Sequence record: PZ452612.1
Direction: 5' to 3' (one strand)
Origin: a phage
DNA: 64,000 nucleotides
Shown: positions 1 through 8,850 of the stretch, piece by piece
Position numbering within the stretch: the first letter of the stretch is position 1
Layout of the letters: each line of letters starts with the position of its first letter
The notes under the pieces: model-generated
What the model saw: only the letters and a program-made list of their open reading frames with translations
Databases searched by the model: none
Told to the model about the DNA's origin: nothing
Program-made: the position numbers and the translations under genes

Positions 1-1098
1 TGCTAACCCGTTTTTAGATAATTGACGTTTATAATATCTTTCACAATATGTACACGTCGTCCCGCAGATTTCATTAGCACAATCGAAATCTGGATGTCTG
101 AACCACCTTTTTTCTAAAAAGCCATCTAACAAAGAGGTTTCAATATTTACTGTATGTGAAAACTCAGTTTCGTTTTCAAGAGTGAAAATAGTCTCTAAAG
201 GCTTCCACAGTTCTAACAAATTACCTTCAAACTTTTCAGAAGCGTATGCTTCAAGAACTTTCAAAATGTAGTCTGTGCTACCTGTACGTCCTGAAACTTT
301 GAATTGAGTGATACCAATATCATTATAAAGTTTCAAATCTTGAGGACGAACAAAACGAGTTCTCAACCAGTTAAATGGGTCTGTATCACGAGCTTTAATA
401 CAGTGCTGCATAGGATATCCGTTTAAGGATTTAGCATCATCAGCTGTAACATCAGTACTATGGAAAATATAGCAAGAGTCACGATAGCTACAATGTGTTG
501 TATACCCTTTACCAGCATTAGAACAGAACTCATTTACAAGAACTTCAAATATTATATTGTTCTTATTGCAAAACTCTGCTGCACGCTTCAGGAAAGAAAC
601 TGAACGGTTCTTATGAATTCCACAGCAGACCTTTTTGATATTATACTGGTCATGCAAGTATTTGATTTGAGTTACAGCATCGACATGTAGAATTGTTGAA
701 ACTTCAATCTCAATGTCTTTATTGACTTCACGAACAATTTCCATAACAACAGGGTTAGCGATAGTAATACGCCATACGCCTATTGACCAAAGATACTGAA
801 CATAATCCTGAATAGCTTTCTTCTTCCACCCAACTAGTTCTCTTTTTGAACCAGGATTTATCGTGTTGAGTGTATAGTTAAAGCAAATACCTAATTCGTT
901 ACAACGTTTAACGTAATCTTCTAACATCTTTTTGTCAACGTCAGGAAGCCTAAAATCAGGTCTGGCTGCTACAAAAGCCATTTCTCTTGTAGAGCCGTAT
1001 ACTTCGTTTATCAAGCTATTAGGATAAGTTTTATTGAGCTCTACGATTTTATCAAGAAGAGCTAAATCAAAATTCGTTCCAATTTTAAAAGTATTCAT
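1..1098 (-). CDS. Hypothetical Cys-rich protein, partial (C-terminus runs off the window start); contains CX3CX2C near the visible end
   Basis: Manual reverse-complement translation from ATG at 1098: MNTFKIGTNFDLALLDKIVELNK...DFDCANEICGTTCTYCERYYKRQLSKNGLA, open to position 1. Not in the ORF track because it is open-ended. No family recognised. Confidence 0.5.
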   Translation of the reverse strand, partial: MNTFKIGTNFDLALLDKIVELNKTYPNSLINEVYGSTREMAFVAARPDFRLPDVDKKMLEDYVKRCNELGICFNYTLNTINPGSKRELVGWKKKAIQDYVQYLWSIGVWRITIANPVVMEIVREVNKDIEIEVSTILHVDAVTQIKYLHDQYNIKKVCCGIHKNRSVSFLKRAAEFCNKNNIIFEVLVNEFCSNAGKGYTTHCSYRDSCYIFHSTDVTADDAKSLNGYPMQHCIKARDTDPFNWLRTRFVRPQDLKLYNDIGITQFKVSGRTGSTDYILKVLEAYASEKFEGNLLELWKPLETIFTLENETEFSHTVNIETSLLDGFLEKRWFRHPDFDCANEICGTTCTYCERYYKRQLSKNGLA

Positions 1099-1154
1099 TT
1101 TTTTGCATCTCACGTTAATTGATGCGATGGTTTTTGCAGGTCTTACTTAAATTA

Positions 1155-1541
1155 TTATAGATTCGGTTTATATGATTTAAATGTTTCGAATTCGCCTTTA
1201 TTCATAAGAGCTTTGAATTCGTCAGGACGCATAGCTTTGTCGTCGATAATCCAATCATATACTGGTTTATGTGTTAGCAAATTATGGTACTTCAAACCAA
1301 TGTTTTCCAAGTTCTGAATCAGACTTGGGAGAATGTCAATTGCTATACGACCAGGACCTACTGACTTCATACCGCGAGCAGTGTAAAGCGTTATGGTATG
1401 CCCTGCATCATACAGGGCATTAATAGCAGTCACCATTTCGACGTCTGGTTTGAAGTTCACGTAATCACGATTGTTATTCCACTCTGTTATACAATCATCG
1501 ACATCAAAACAAAGATTAAGCATGTTTTCTACACGGTGCAT
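1155..1541 (-). CDS. HAD-superfamily phosphatase-like protein
   Basis: DxD motif FDVDDCIT near the N-terminus and a later IIDDKA motif fit HAD motifs I and IV. Start placed at the internal Met whose ATG overlaps the upstream stop (TAATG coupling); the track ORF extends to 1556. Confidence 0.5.
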   Translation of the reverse strand: MHRVENMLNLCFDVDDCITEWNNNRDYVNFKPDVEMVTAINALYDAGHTITLYTARGMKSVGPGRIAIDILPSLIQNLENIGLKYHNLLTHKPVYDWIIDDKAMRPDEFKALMNKGEFETFKSYKPNL

Positions 1542-3226
1542 TAGATTCGTTCCCATTGATGAGTGATATCGCCACCGATTGGACGATAAGAAACACCAGT
1601 TTCTTTATCAGTTAGTACCCATTTACCAGGATTTTTTGTAATCAGAGTAGCCGTTACAGGTTCTGCTACGTCATAACTAATAGAGCCGTCCTGAAGTACA
1701 CGGCCCATGTTACGTAATTGCTTAGTCAGAAGTTCCATACCTTTATAATATGCGGCTACCGCTTTAAGTGGATTATTCTTGAAATAACCACCTAATGCAA
1801 TCCAGATAATTGCTACAGCCAAATGATGATACTCGTTAAACGAACTCATCTTTCCATATTTGTAAACTAATGGATTGATGTTAATAGTCACATTACAAGT
1901 TGTTTCGTCAATAGTAAACTGTCCCCAGGTCGGATTAGCGTTGAATTCATCATAACCTGAAACAGCATAAAGCACTTTAGCTTCATCATACAATTTTGGC
2001 CCGTAAATCTTGGTTTCGCCAAAATATCCACGAGGGTCGATAAACTTGACTTCGCCGTTATCAGTAATCATAGTATTACTGAAGTTCGGGTCACCGTGAA
2101 TAACAGAGTACTGTCCCTGAGAACGGGTATGATAACGAATAAGATGTTCTAAAGCTTGCTTCAGCATTGGCTTCAGACGTCCAATCTTAGTGTAGTTCAC
2201 GTGTGTGATTTTACCAAATGAATCAATCAATGGCTGAATGCTTTCACAACGATCAATAACTTTCGTATAGAACTCTTTAGTGAAATCACGGCGAACAGTT
2301 TCAGGACTTACAAAATAAGTGTCTGTGCTGAATTTCAGTGCATCTAAAATTGCATCAACAATTTGTGGACGAGCAAGACTTGATTTGGATTTAATATATT
2401 CAAATGCTGGCTTACCTTTAATACGTTCCATTTCAAAATTATTTTCATTTACCGAAACTAACTGAGGAACTGAATCTGATTTCACTTTCAAATACCATGA
2501 AATCTCATCTTTTTGAAGAGCTCGACCTTGTTCGGTTAACGCGAATTTAGTTACAGTTTCTTCGCCAATTTCAACTGCATTAAAACTACGATTAAGTTCA
2601 CGAACTTCATGAGCTTTTTCAAGTTTAGGCATATCACCTAAATCAATTAGATTCATAAGCTCTGATTTATTGAATGCACTGCCGTAAAGGAATTCTACGA
2701 AATCACGTCCTTTGCAGTATTCATGAATTTCCTCATCAGTAGAACCCATGTAGAATTCCCAGTCTTTGAACTGATAAATTCCTACAACATTACCGCCTGT
2801 TGAACCTACGTTAGTGATATTTTCACCATCGAAATTATATCGACATTCATCACCCTTAACATAGATTGCGTTAACATTCCAAGACCATGAACCAAAATCA
2901 GGAATAATATCACACCAGTTAACAATTACGTTATGGCCATCTAAATCTTTGTATAATTTAGCAAGAGCATAAGCAGAACCATACGCTTCATCAACTGTAC
3001 GAATAGTCACATTGAACCCTTCTTGCTCGCAATAAGCTCGAACAGTTTCAGCAAATTTTGAATGAACTACTACAATAATTTCATCTGCGCCAAGGTCAGA
3101 ATAAATTGTATACAAATTGCTCAGAATAGTGTCTTGTTTATAGTTAACAAGAACTTTTGGAATATGATGCGTTATTGGATACAAACGAGTTGCCAGTCCA
3201 GCACCAAGAATAACAGCTTTTTTCAT
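1541..3226 (-). CDS. Bifunctional sugar-1-phosphate nucleotidyltransferase (N-terminal) / sugar kinase (C-terminal, APH/choline-kinase-like)
   Basis: N-terminus MKKAVILGAGLATRLYP matches the GxGxR loop of NTP-transferases. C-terminal half has IHGDPNFSNTMITDNGEVKFIDPRGYFG, an HGD...N...ID catalytic loop typical of phosphotransferase-fold kinases. 561 aa. Confidence 0.6.
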   Translation of the reverse strand: MKKAVILGAGLATRLYPITHHIPKVLVNYKQDTILSNLYTIYSDLGADEIIVVVHSKFAETVRAYCEQEGFNVTIRTVDEAYGSAYALAKLYKDLDGHNVIVNWCDIIPDFGSWSWNVNAIYVKGDECRYNFDGENITNVGSTGGNVVGIYQFKDWEFYMGSTDEEIHEYCKGRDFVEFLYGSAFNKSELMNLIDLGDMPKLEKAHEVRELNRSFNAVEIGEETVTKFALTEQGRALQKDEISWYLKVKSDSVPQLVSVNENNFEMERIKGKPAFEYIKSKSSLARPQIVDAILDALKFSTDTYFVSPETVRRDFTKEFYTKVIDRCESIQPLIDSFGKITHVNYTKIGRLKPMLKQALEHLIRYHTRSQGQYSVIHGDPNFSNTMITDNGEVKFIDPRGYFGETKIYGPKLYDEAKVLYAVSGYDEFNANPTWGQFTIDETTCNVTININPLVYKYGKMSSFNEYHHLAVAIIWIALGGYFKNNPLKAVAAYYKGMELLTKQLRNMGRVLQDGSISYDVAEPVTATLITKNPGKWVLTDKETGVSYRPIGGDITHQWERI

Positions 3227-3267
3227 GTTGTGGTCCTCATTGGTAAGTAGGTGTATTGTACACTATT

Positions 3268-3411
3268 CTAGTTAAAGCATTCATACTTTGCTTGTAGTCC
3301 AATCATAATCCATCCAATTACAAGTGTTGGAATCATTACTGGAGCCGTTAAGCTCCAGTAGATAGTCATGACAAGCATCAATAGTAAAAGTCCTATTGTT
3401 ATTGCTTTCAT
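3268..3411 (-). CDS. Small hydrophobic protein (47 aa), translationally coupled to the upstream isomerase gene
   Basis: Manual translation MKAITIGLLLLMLVMTIYWSLTAPVMIPTLVIGWIMIGLQAKYECFN; its ATG overlaps the stop of 3408..4043 (ATGA). Sits where T4 has imm/imm.1, but no sequence match is claimed. Confidence 0.3.
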   Translation of the reverse strand: MKAITIGLLLLMLVMTIYWSLTAPVMIPTLVIGWIMIGLQAKYECFN

Positions 3412-4043
3412 TGTTCGCCTCGTAACATGGCACCTAGTGCACCGCCTGGATGGAACTTAAGAAAGTCATTAGAGGTAAATCCACGTTCAGACGAAAGGTT
3501 GATAGCAAACGTATCGATAAGCGCTAACAACAATGTAGTGGACATAGTCGGAGCCAGAGAATTCTCATCAACCTCTACCGCGATGCCTGTACAGAAAGAG
3601 TAATCAAAAAGGGCTTCATTTTCTTGCGGAATGTCTGGGTTACAATGCAACAGAATCTGTTTGACATTTGGACGAATCATTTTAAGATGCTTAGCCACGC
3701 CTATCATTTCTTCAGTCTTACCAGAACGACTAATATGAATCAACACATCATTAGGCGCAATGAATCCTGCATCACCGTGAGAATAATGCCCAGTGTTCAA
3801 GTACATACTCGGGATACCGAGTGAAGCAAATGTCTCAGAAGCTTTAGTTGCAATATTAGCATTCTTACCAACACCTGTAATAATTACTCGGCTTTCATAA
3901 TTACTAAGTCCAGGGCGTCGAAGAGTTTCTAGAATAGCATTATAACGAGCAGGGTTTTGACTAATTACTTTGGCCATAGCGGCCAAAGAAGAAGCTTGTT
4001 TTATGATTGCGTCAATAGCGATAGTAATAGGAGTAGTTTTCAT
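3408..4043 (-). CDS. SIS-domain sugar-phosphate isomerase (arabinose-5-phosphate isomerase / phosphoheptose isomerase-like)
   Basis: 211 aa with VIITGVGKNANIATKASETFASLGIP, a SIS phosphosugar-binding signature. Lies directly downstream of gene 43. Confidence 0.6.
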   Translation of the reverse strand: MKTTPITIAIDAIIKQASSLAAMAKVISQNPARYNAILETLRRPGLSNYESRVIITGVGKNANIATKASETFASLGIPSMYLNTGHYSHGDAGFIAPNDVLIHISRSGKTEEMIGVAKHLKMIRPNVKQILLHCNPDIPQENEALFDYSFCTGIAVEVDENSLAPTMSTTLLLALIDTFAINLSSERGFTSNDFLKFHPGGALGAMLRGEQ

Positions 4044-4083
4044 ATTTCTCTCATTTAATTAGTTTACCGTCCATGACATTATA

Positions 4084-6795
4084 TCAAAAATCGAACATAT
4101 CGAACAGAGATGCTTTCTTCTCGTAATCGAGTTTCGCTGCTGATGTGAATCCTTCAAGTGGTTTAATAAATGTCTTCTCAAGGAGAACAGTGTAGTCCAT
4201 CCAATGAAGTACGTCATCTTTAATTAAATCTGTGATTTCAGTACCAGAAGGCCATGCGATACATTTATCACCGAACGGGTTTCCTTCACGTAAAGGCAGA
4301 ACATATACTTTTTCACCTTCTACAACTTGTGGAGCATCAATATTACCTTTGATAGCTCTGTTATATGTCAGAATTCCACGAATATGGAACGGACATTTAG
4401 GACCAGGGAATCCACCTACATCATATTTAGCAATGTTATTCGCAGAAGATACCGACGCGATGCTAATATAATTCAATTGACGGAATTCTTTTTCAAACTC
4501 TTTAAAATATTCTTGTAATGATTCTTCACCTTCTTGAAGCATACGACGAATACATTCTTTAAGAGCTTTCTGTACTGCTTTAGGGGTCGAAGATTTCTGA
4601 GTCTCTAGACCCATGATTTTGAGTTTAGGCTCAGCGTAACGAGTACCTTCCATATCCCACACGTTTAATGCGTAACGTTTCTTACCAGTCCAGAATCCAC
4701 CAATACCTTTAGAACCGAGCGGAGGACCAGCGATAGCTTCTCGGTCCATGAACATTAAGTGTTGTTTATTGTTCATGTATTCACACATTTCACGGAAACC
4801 TCTATCAATAGCAGGTTCCATACGTTCACGAGCGAACTTATCTAAGAAGTCTACCCAATGGTTGGTATCACGGAATTTAGATTCACCAACCTTATCGATA
4901 ATTTTATCAGCAGATACGTAAATAGAGTCTGTATCACCATAAAGAACGAAAGCTTCACCTTCTGTACCACAAACTTCGTTCAGATATTCATTAACTTTAC
5001 GTTCAATCCACTGTAAAGCCATTTGACCAAATGTTGTGATTGCAGTAGCATTACGCAAATCGTAATAACGGAACCAAACGTTGCCAAGTGCACCATAAAG
5101 TGAGTTGATAAGCAATTTACGGTTAATTTGTGCAGTCATACCTGCAACTTCAGTACGTTGAGCTCTAAACAACATTTCATTAAGAGATTTAGCAGACAAC
5201 TTTTTAATCTTTTCTTTAATCTCGTCAGTGAAGTCGAAACGATAATCAACATCTAATGGTTCGTCAACAGAAAGATTAGGATTATGCAACGCCTCTTTAA
5301 TTATTTCACCATTACGTTGAGCCGCAAGCATATAACCTTTATGTTCTTTACGTTGATTAAAGACCTTAGTGATTTCAGTTGGAACTACACCATCACGGTC
5401 TTTATAATACATCATGCCATTAGGAGAACAACTGTACACATCTGAAGGACGTTCAGCGATTGCGTTAATATAATCATGCAGTGGAGCTACTTTAAACGTT
5501 CCTGCTATTGTTTCCGGGCTAATATTCACTTGGCGAATAATACTTGGATACAGAGATGTAAGGTCGAAACTCATTACATATTTGTATCGATTTGGAATAG
5601 GTTCCTTAACAAAAGCGCCAGGATAAGGTTGAACCGGGTGAGAACGACCTTGTGGAATCACCTTGTTCTGCTCTTTAAGGCTATTAAAAATAATAGCATC
5701 CCATGTTTTAATTGGGCTAAACACAGATTGAATCTGTATCTTAGCATAATAACCCATGTCCAAACTCAAGTTGATGAACTGACGCTTAGCATCAATTTGC
5801 AATACACGATACACGTCGATAATGTTATAAGAAATATATCGTTGGTGATTGCTTTCACGAAGCTTAGAAATAGGGCCGTCATATTTCAGTTTACCAACGT
5901 TCAATTCAAATTCTGAAATGTAATCTAGAGAATACGACGGTTGATTGGTAAAAGAGAATTTTTTGTAAAGGTCGATATAATCAAGAACAGAGATACCGAA
6001 CAATGTAATGATTTCACGAGAACCATACATGTTTTCGATAACTTTAACACGAGTTTTACGATGCGGTGATAAACGTTTCGCAGTAGATTCGCCAAAAATA
6101 TTCTTGATTCGGTTATACACATATGGAATATCAAATGACTCAACGTTCCATCCAGTCAAAATGACAGGAGTTTTCTGTTGCCAGAAGTTGAGATATTCCA
6201 TCAACAATTCTTTTTCGTTATCGAACGGCATATAAATGATTTTATCGATAATTTCAGATGGAACTTCATCACCGCCTTGTTCTTGAAGCTTAGCAGCGAT
6301 TTCAATAGACCATTCTTCTACATTACCATATGGAGAATTCAATAGATCAAATACGTAGAACCTGTCGTCAATTGAGTCATAATGGGTGATAGCATCAATC
6401 GGATGTTTTGCTTGTGATGGCTCAGGGAACCCATCCGGAGATGTTACTTCGATGTCGAAGTTAGCCACACGAATTTTTGTATGGTCGTATTTGATTTCAT
6501 AGTTATAAGTGTCAGACAAATACGCCAATTTGAAATCGTCCATGCCAAGTGCTTCAAGTCCGATATCTTCCATGCGTTTAATCCATTGGGAGGCATCACG
6601 CATATTAGCGAACAACTTACGAGTACACGGCTTACCGTAGATATCGAAATATTTCGTAGCCTGACTTTCCGGACAATGAGCAAACAGTGATGGTTTATAT
6701 TCTACTTCACGAGTACGTTCACGGCCATTAGAATCGATGTAACGTTCAAAAATTGAATCACCAATCTGTTCAACCGTTAAGTAAAATTCTTTCAT
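4084..6795 (-). CDS. 43: DNA polymerase (family B), gp43
   Basis: 903 aa, MKEFYLTVEQIGDSIFERYIDSNGRERTREVEYKPSLFAHCPESQ... Contains exo motifs (FDIEV, YNIIDVYRV) and pol motifs (DTDS, KKRYA). Matches the RB69 gp43 sequence as recalled. Confidence 0.97.
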   Translation of the reverse strand: MKEFYLTVEQIGDSIFERYIDSNGRERTREVEYKPSLFAHCPESQATKYFDIYGKPCTRKLFANMRDASQWIKRMEDIGLEALGMDDFKLAYLSDTYNYEIKYDHTKIRVANFDIEVTSPDGFPEPSQAKHPIDAITHYDSIDDRFYVFDLLNSPYGNVEEWSIEIAAKLQEQGGDEVPSEIIDKIIYMPFDNEKELLMEYLNFWQQKTPVILTGWNVESFDIPYVYNRIKNIFGESTAKRLSPHRKTRVKVIENMYGSREIITLFGISVLDYIDLYKKFSFTNQPSYSLDYISEFELNVGKLKYDGPISKLRESNHQRYISYNIIDVYRVLQIDAKRQFINLSLDMGYYAKIQIQSVFSPIKTWDAIIFNSLKEQNKVIPQGRSHPVQPYPGAFVKEPIPNRYKYVMSFDLTSLYPSIIRQVNISPETIAGTFKVAPLHDYINAIAERPSDVYSCSPNGMMYYKDRDGVVPTEITKVFNQRKEHKGYMLAAQRNGEIIKEALHNPNLSVDEPLDVDYRFDFTDEIKEKIKKLSAKSLNEMLFRAQRTEVAGMTAQINRKLLINSLYGALGNVWFRYYDLRNATAITTFGQMALQWIERKVNEYLNEVCGTEGEAFVLYGDTDSIYVSADKIIDKVGESKFRDTNHWVDFLDKFARERMEPAIDRGFREMCEYMNNKQHLMFMDREAIAGPPLGSKGIGGFWTGKKRYALNVWDMEGTRYAEPKLKIMGLETQKSSTPKAVQKALKECIRRMLQEGEESLQEYFKEFEKEFRQLNYISIASVSSANNIAKYDVGGFPGPKCPFHIRGILTYNRAIKGNIDAPQVVEGEKVYVLPLREGNPFGDKCIAWPSGTEITDLIKDDVLHWMDYTVLLEKTFIKPLEGFTSAAKLDYEKKASLFDMFDF

Positions 6796-6807
6796 TTAAT
6801 TTCCTTT

Positions 6808-6823
6808 AGACGAGTTATTGTCT
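6808..6823 (-). promoter_or_regulatory. Putative gp43 translational operator hairpin (stem AGAC/GUCU, 8-nt loop AAUAACUC) just 5' of the gene 43 Shine-Dalgarno
   Basis: mRNA reads AGACAAUAACUCGUCU AAAGGAAAUUAA AUG. The loop sequence and position match the T4-type gp43 autoregulatory operator architecture. Confidence 0.5.
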
Positions 6824-6853
6824 TTTGTTTGTTGATGAACTTATTATACTCCA

Positions 6854-6873
6854 AATGGGACCGAAGTCCCATT
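6854..6873 (-). other. Stable hairpin (AUGGGAC-UUCG-GUCCCAU) immediately after the regA stop, followed by GGAGUAUAAU
   Basis: Perfect 7-bp inverted repeat with a UUCG tetraloop seen in sequence; no long U-tract follows. Confidence 0.4.
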
Positions 6874-6876
6874 GCT

Positions 6877-7245
6877 TTAATTACCAATTGTATATTTTGC
6901 TTTCAAAGTCCAGTCATCTTTCTGTTTAAAAGAGATAACACGGAAGTTATTAGTCAGGCCAAACAGATCTTCACGAGCAGAGTCTTCAATAACAATCAAT
7001 CCCCAGTCTTCAAGCAACTGAGCAATCGAATCACGTCGCTGATAGTCTTCACCATCAATATCAACCTGACGTCCGTCCATACGCAGCATTTCTTTAAAGT
7101 GGACGATGTAATATTTACCTTGCTTTTGGAGGATATGACAAGACTGGTAAAGGACTTTATCCTTGTTATTAGCGATGCCCATACGGGTTAGAGTCTCTTT
7201 GACTTTCAGAAAATCTTCAGGGTTCTTCAATTTAATTTCAATCAT
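6877..7245 (-). CDS. regA: Translational repressor RegA
   Basis: MIEIKLKNPEDFLKVKETLTRMGIANNKDKVLYQSCHILQK... matches T4 RegA as recalled; syntenic between 62 and 43. Start taken at the internal Met. Confidence 0.85.
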   Translation of the reverse strand: MIEIKLKNPEDFLKVKETLTRMGIANNKDKVLYQSCHILQKQGKYYIVHFKEMLRMDGRQVDIDGEDYQRRDSIAQLLEDWGLIVIEDSAREDLFGLTNNFRVISFKQKDDWTLKAKYTIGN

Positions 7246-7247
7246 TT

Positions 7248-7811
7248 TTACCATTCCAATGCTAATTTTTTAAATTGTTTTTGTTCTTTTACGTTTTTAG
7301 TAACTTCTTTGAGAAATTCATCAGTGACCATGGCCTTCAGTTCTTTAAGGACTATTGGCAGCTTGTTATTTTTTTCAAGGAGCCGCTTATACTCGGTAGC
7401 ATCATTCATGTTGATTGTGTAATGTTTCATCAACAGTTTGATAACTAGTAACTCTGAAGTGTCTTCGACTAGTTTAGCCCATTTAGAGAATCGACGACCA
7501 CGCGGAATTGCCGCCATCATATAGTTGAAGTGCGCTTCATCACTTAATTCAGAACCGACTAAGTTCATCATGTAAACGGCTGGCATACATTCTGGAAACT
7601 GGGATAACGAGTTCTCAACCATAAATTTTGAGTAGTCGACCTGAGCAATTGACATAGATTTCTTTTCATTAATAGCATTAATGATTTTAAAGAATTCATT
7701 CTCAGGTTTTTCTTTAAACATATCAGCACATTTTTGAATCGCATCAGCGTCATTAGACTTCCATGCAATTTGGTGCTCGTTAAGCTGGACGTCATCATCG
7801 AATAAGTTCAT
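7248..7811 (-). CDS. 62: Clamp loader small subunit gp62
   Basis: 187 aa, same length as T4 gp62; position between 44 and regA. Confidence 0.8.
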   Translation of the reverse strand: MNLFDDDVQLNEHQIAWKSNDADAIQKCADMFKEKPENEFFKIINAINEKKSMSIAQVDYSKFMVENSLSQFPECMPAVYMMNLVGSELSDEAHFNYMMAAIPRGRRFSKWAKLVEDTSELLVIKLLMKHYTINMNDATEYKRLLEKNNKLPIVLKELKAMVTDEFLKEVTKNVKEQKQFKKLALEW

Positions 7812-7812
7812 A

Positions 7813-8775
7813 TTATTTCCAAGTCAGTTCACAGGTCAGTTGAAGAAGCATATACATAACATGTAATTCAATATTACTTGCTAGTCCATGAAACTTATTA
7901 TTTTCGCCTGCAATTTCGTAAAGCGAAATAATACTTTTACCAGGTGCAACTTGGTCATAACATTCTGAAACTAATTTATCTATGAACCATGAATAATCTG
8001 CAGCATATTTTGGAGCTAATGCACGAAGTTGTTTGATATCTTTGTTCTTCATTGCTTCGATAACATCAGAGACTGTGCCACGGTCATTAGTTACGATAGA
8101 CAGAATACCTGCATCAAGAACACCTTTAGACGAGTACTGGTCTAATTGGCCAATTGTACGACGAAAGTCTGGGAAGTTCTTTTTAACCAGAGCTGCAACA
8201 ACTTTCATATCAGCGATTTCGATATTTTCGTTCTTACAGATTTCAACCATACGATGAATCATTTTCTTCATCATCGAGATTTTATCTTCTTCAGTCGGAC
8301 GACCGAATTCTATAACTCGACAACGGCTACGTAATGGTTCAATAATTCCATCAATGTTGTTGGCAGTAATAATAATAGAACAGTTACTAGAGAATTCTTC
8401 CATAAACGTACGAAGGTGACGTTGTGATTCGGCGAGGCCACTACGGTCAAATTCATCAATAACAATAACTTTAGGCTTGCCTTCCATTGAGACTGAACGA
8501 GCGAATGCAGTTAACGGACCACGCACAAAATCAATCTTACAATCAGAACCGTTGACGAACATCATTTCGGCATTGATATCATTACATAATGCTTTTGCTA
8601 CGGTTGTTTTACCTGTACCAGGAGAAGGAGAGTGCAAAATAATATGAGGAAGTTTTCCTTTAGATACTAAAGACTTGAATGTTTCATGGTCATACGCAGG
8701 CAGAATACATTCGTCAATGGAAGAAGGACGATATTTCTGTTCTAGAATGTGTTCTTTGGAATTGATAGTAATCAT
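7813..8775 (-). CDS. 44: Clamp loader large subunit gp44 (AAA+ ATPase)
   Basis: 320 aa; Walker [11 protein letters not shown], Walker [12 protein letters not shown] motif. Confidence 0.9.
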   Translation of the reverse strand: MITINSKEHILEQKYRPSSIDECILPAYDHETFKSLVSKGKLPHIILHSPSPGTGKTTVAKALCNDINAEMMFVNGSDCKIDFVRGPLTAFARSVSMEGKPKVIVIDEFDRSGLAESQRHLRTFMEEFSSNCSIIITANNIDGIIEPLRSRCRVIEFGRPTEEDKISMMKKMIHRMVEICKNENIEIADMKVVAALVKKNFPDFRRTIGQLDQYSSKGVLDAGILSIVTNDRGTVSDVIEAMKNKDIKQLRALAPKYAADYSWFIDKLVSECYDQVAPGKSIISLYEIAGENNKFHGLASNIELHVMYMLLQLTCELTWK

Positions 8776-8850
8776 GTAATTTTCCTCATTATCATTAAAC
8801 TGGAGGATTTCTCCTCCATAATCGTATCACATTAAACGTAAATCTTTGTC

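Noticed and set aside
1-1098. Assignment of the partial Cys-rich ORF to the peptidase U32 / prephenate-dependent hydroxylase family
   Set aside because: The N-terminal region has a loose TIM-barrel-like feel, but the U32 signature (E-x-F-x2-G-[SA]-[LIVM]-C-x4-G-x-C) is not present; left as unassigned.
4232-6690. Several 60-146 aa ORFs on both strands inside gene 43 (for example 4232..4471, 5476..5916, 6008..6235, 6444..6683)
   Set aside because: They lie entirely within a well-supported 903-aa polymerase gene, have no recognisable motifs and show low-complexity translations typical of off-frame reading of AT-rich DNA.
6844-6876. MotA-box middle promoter upstream of gene 43
   Set aside because: A TATAAT -10 is present but the -30 region (GGGACTTCGG) does not resemble the TGCTT MotA box.
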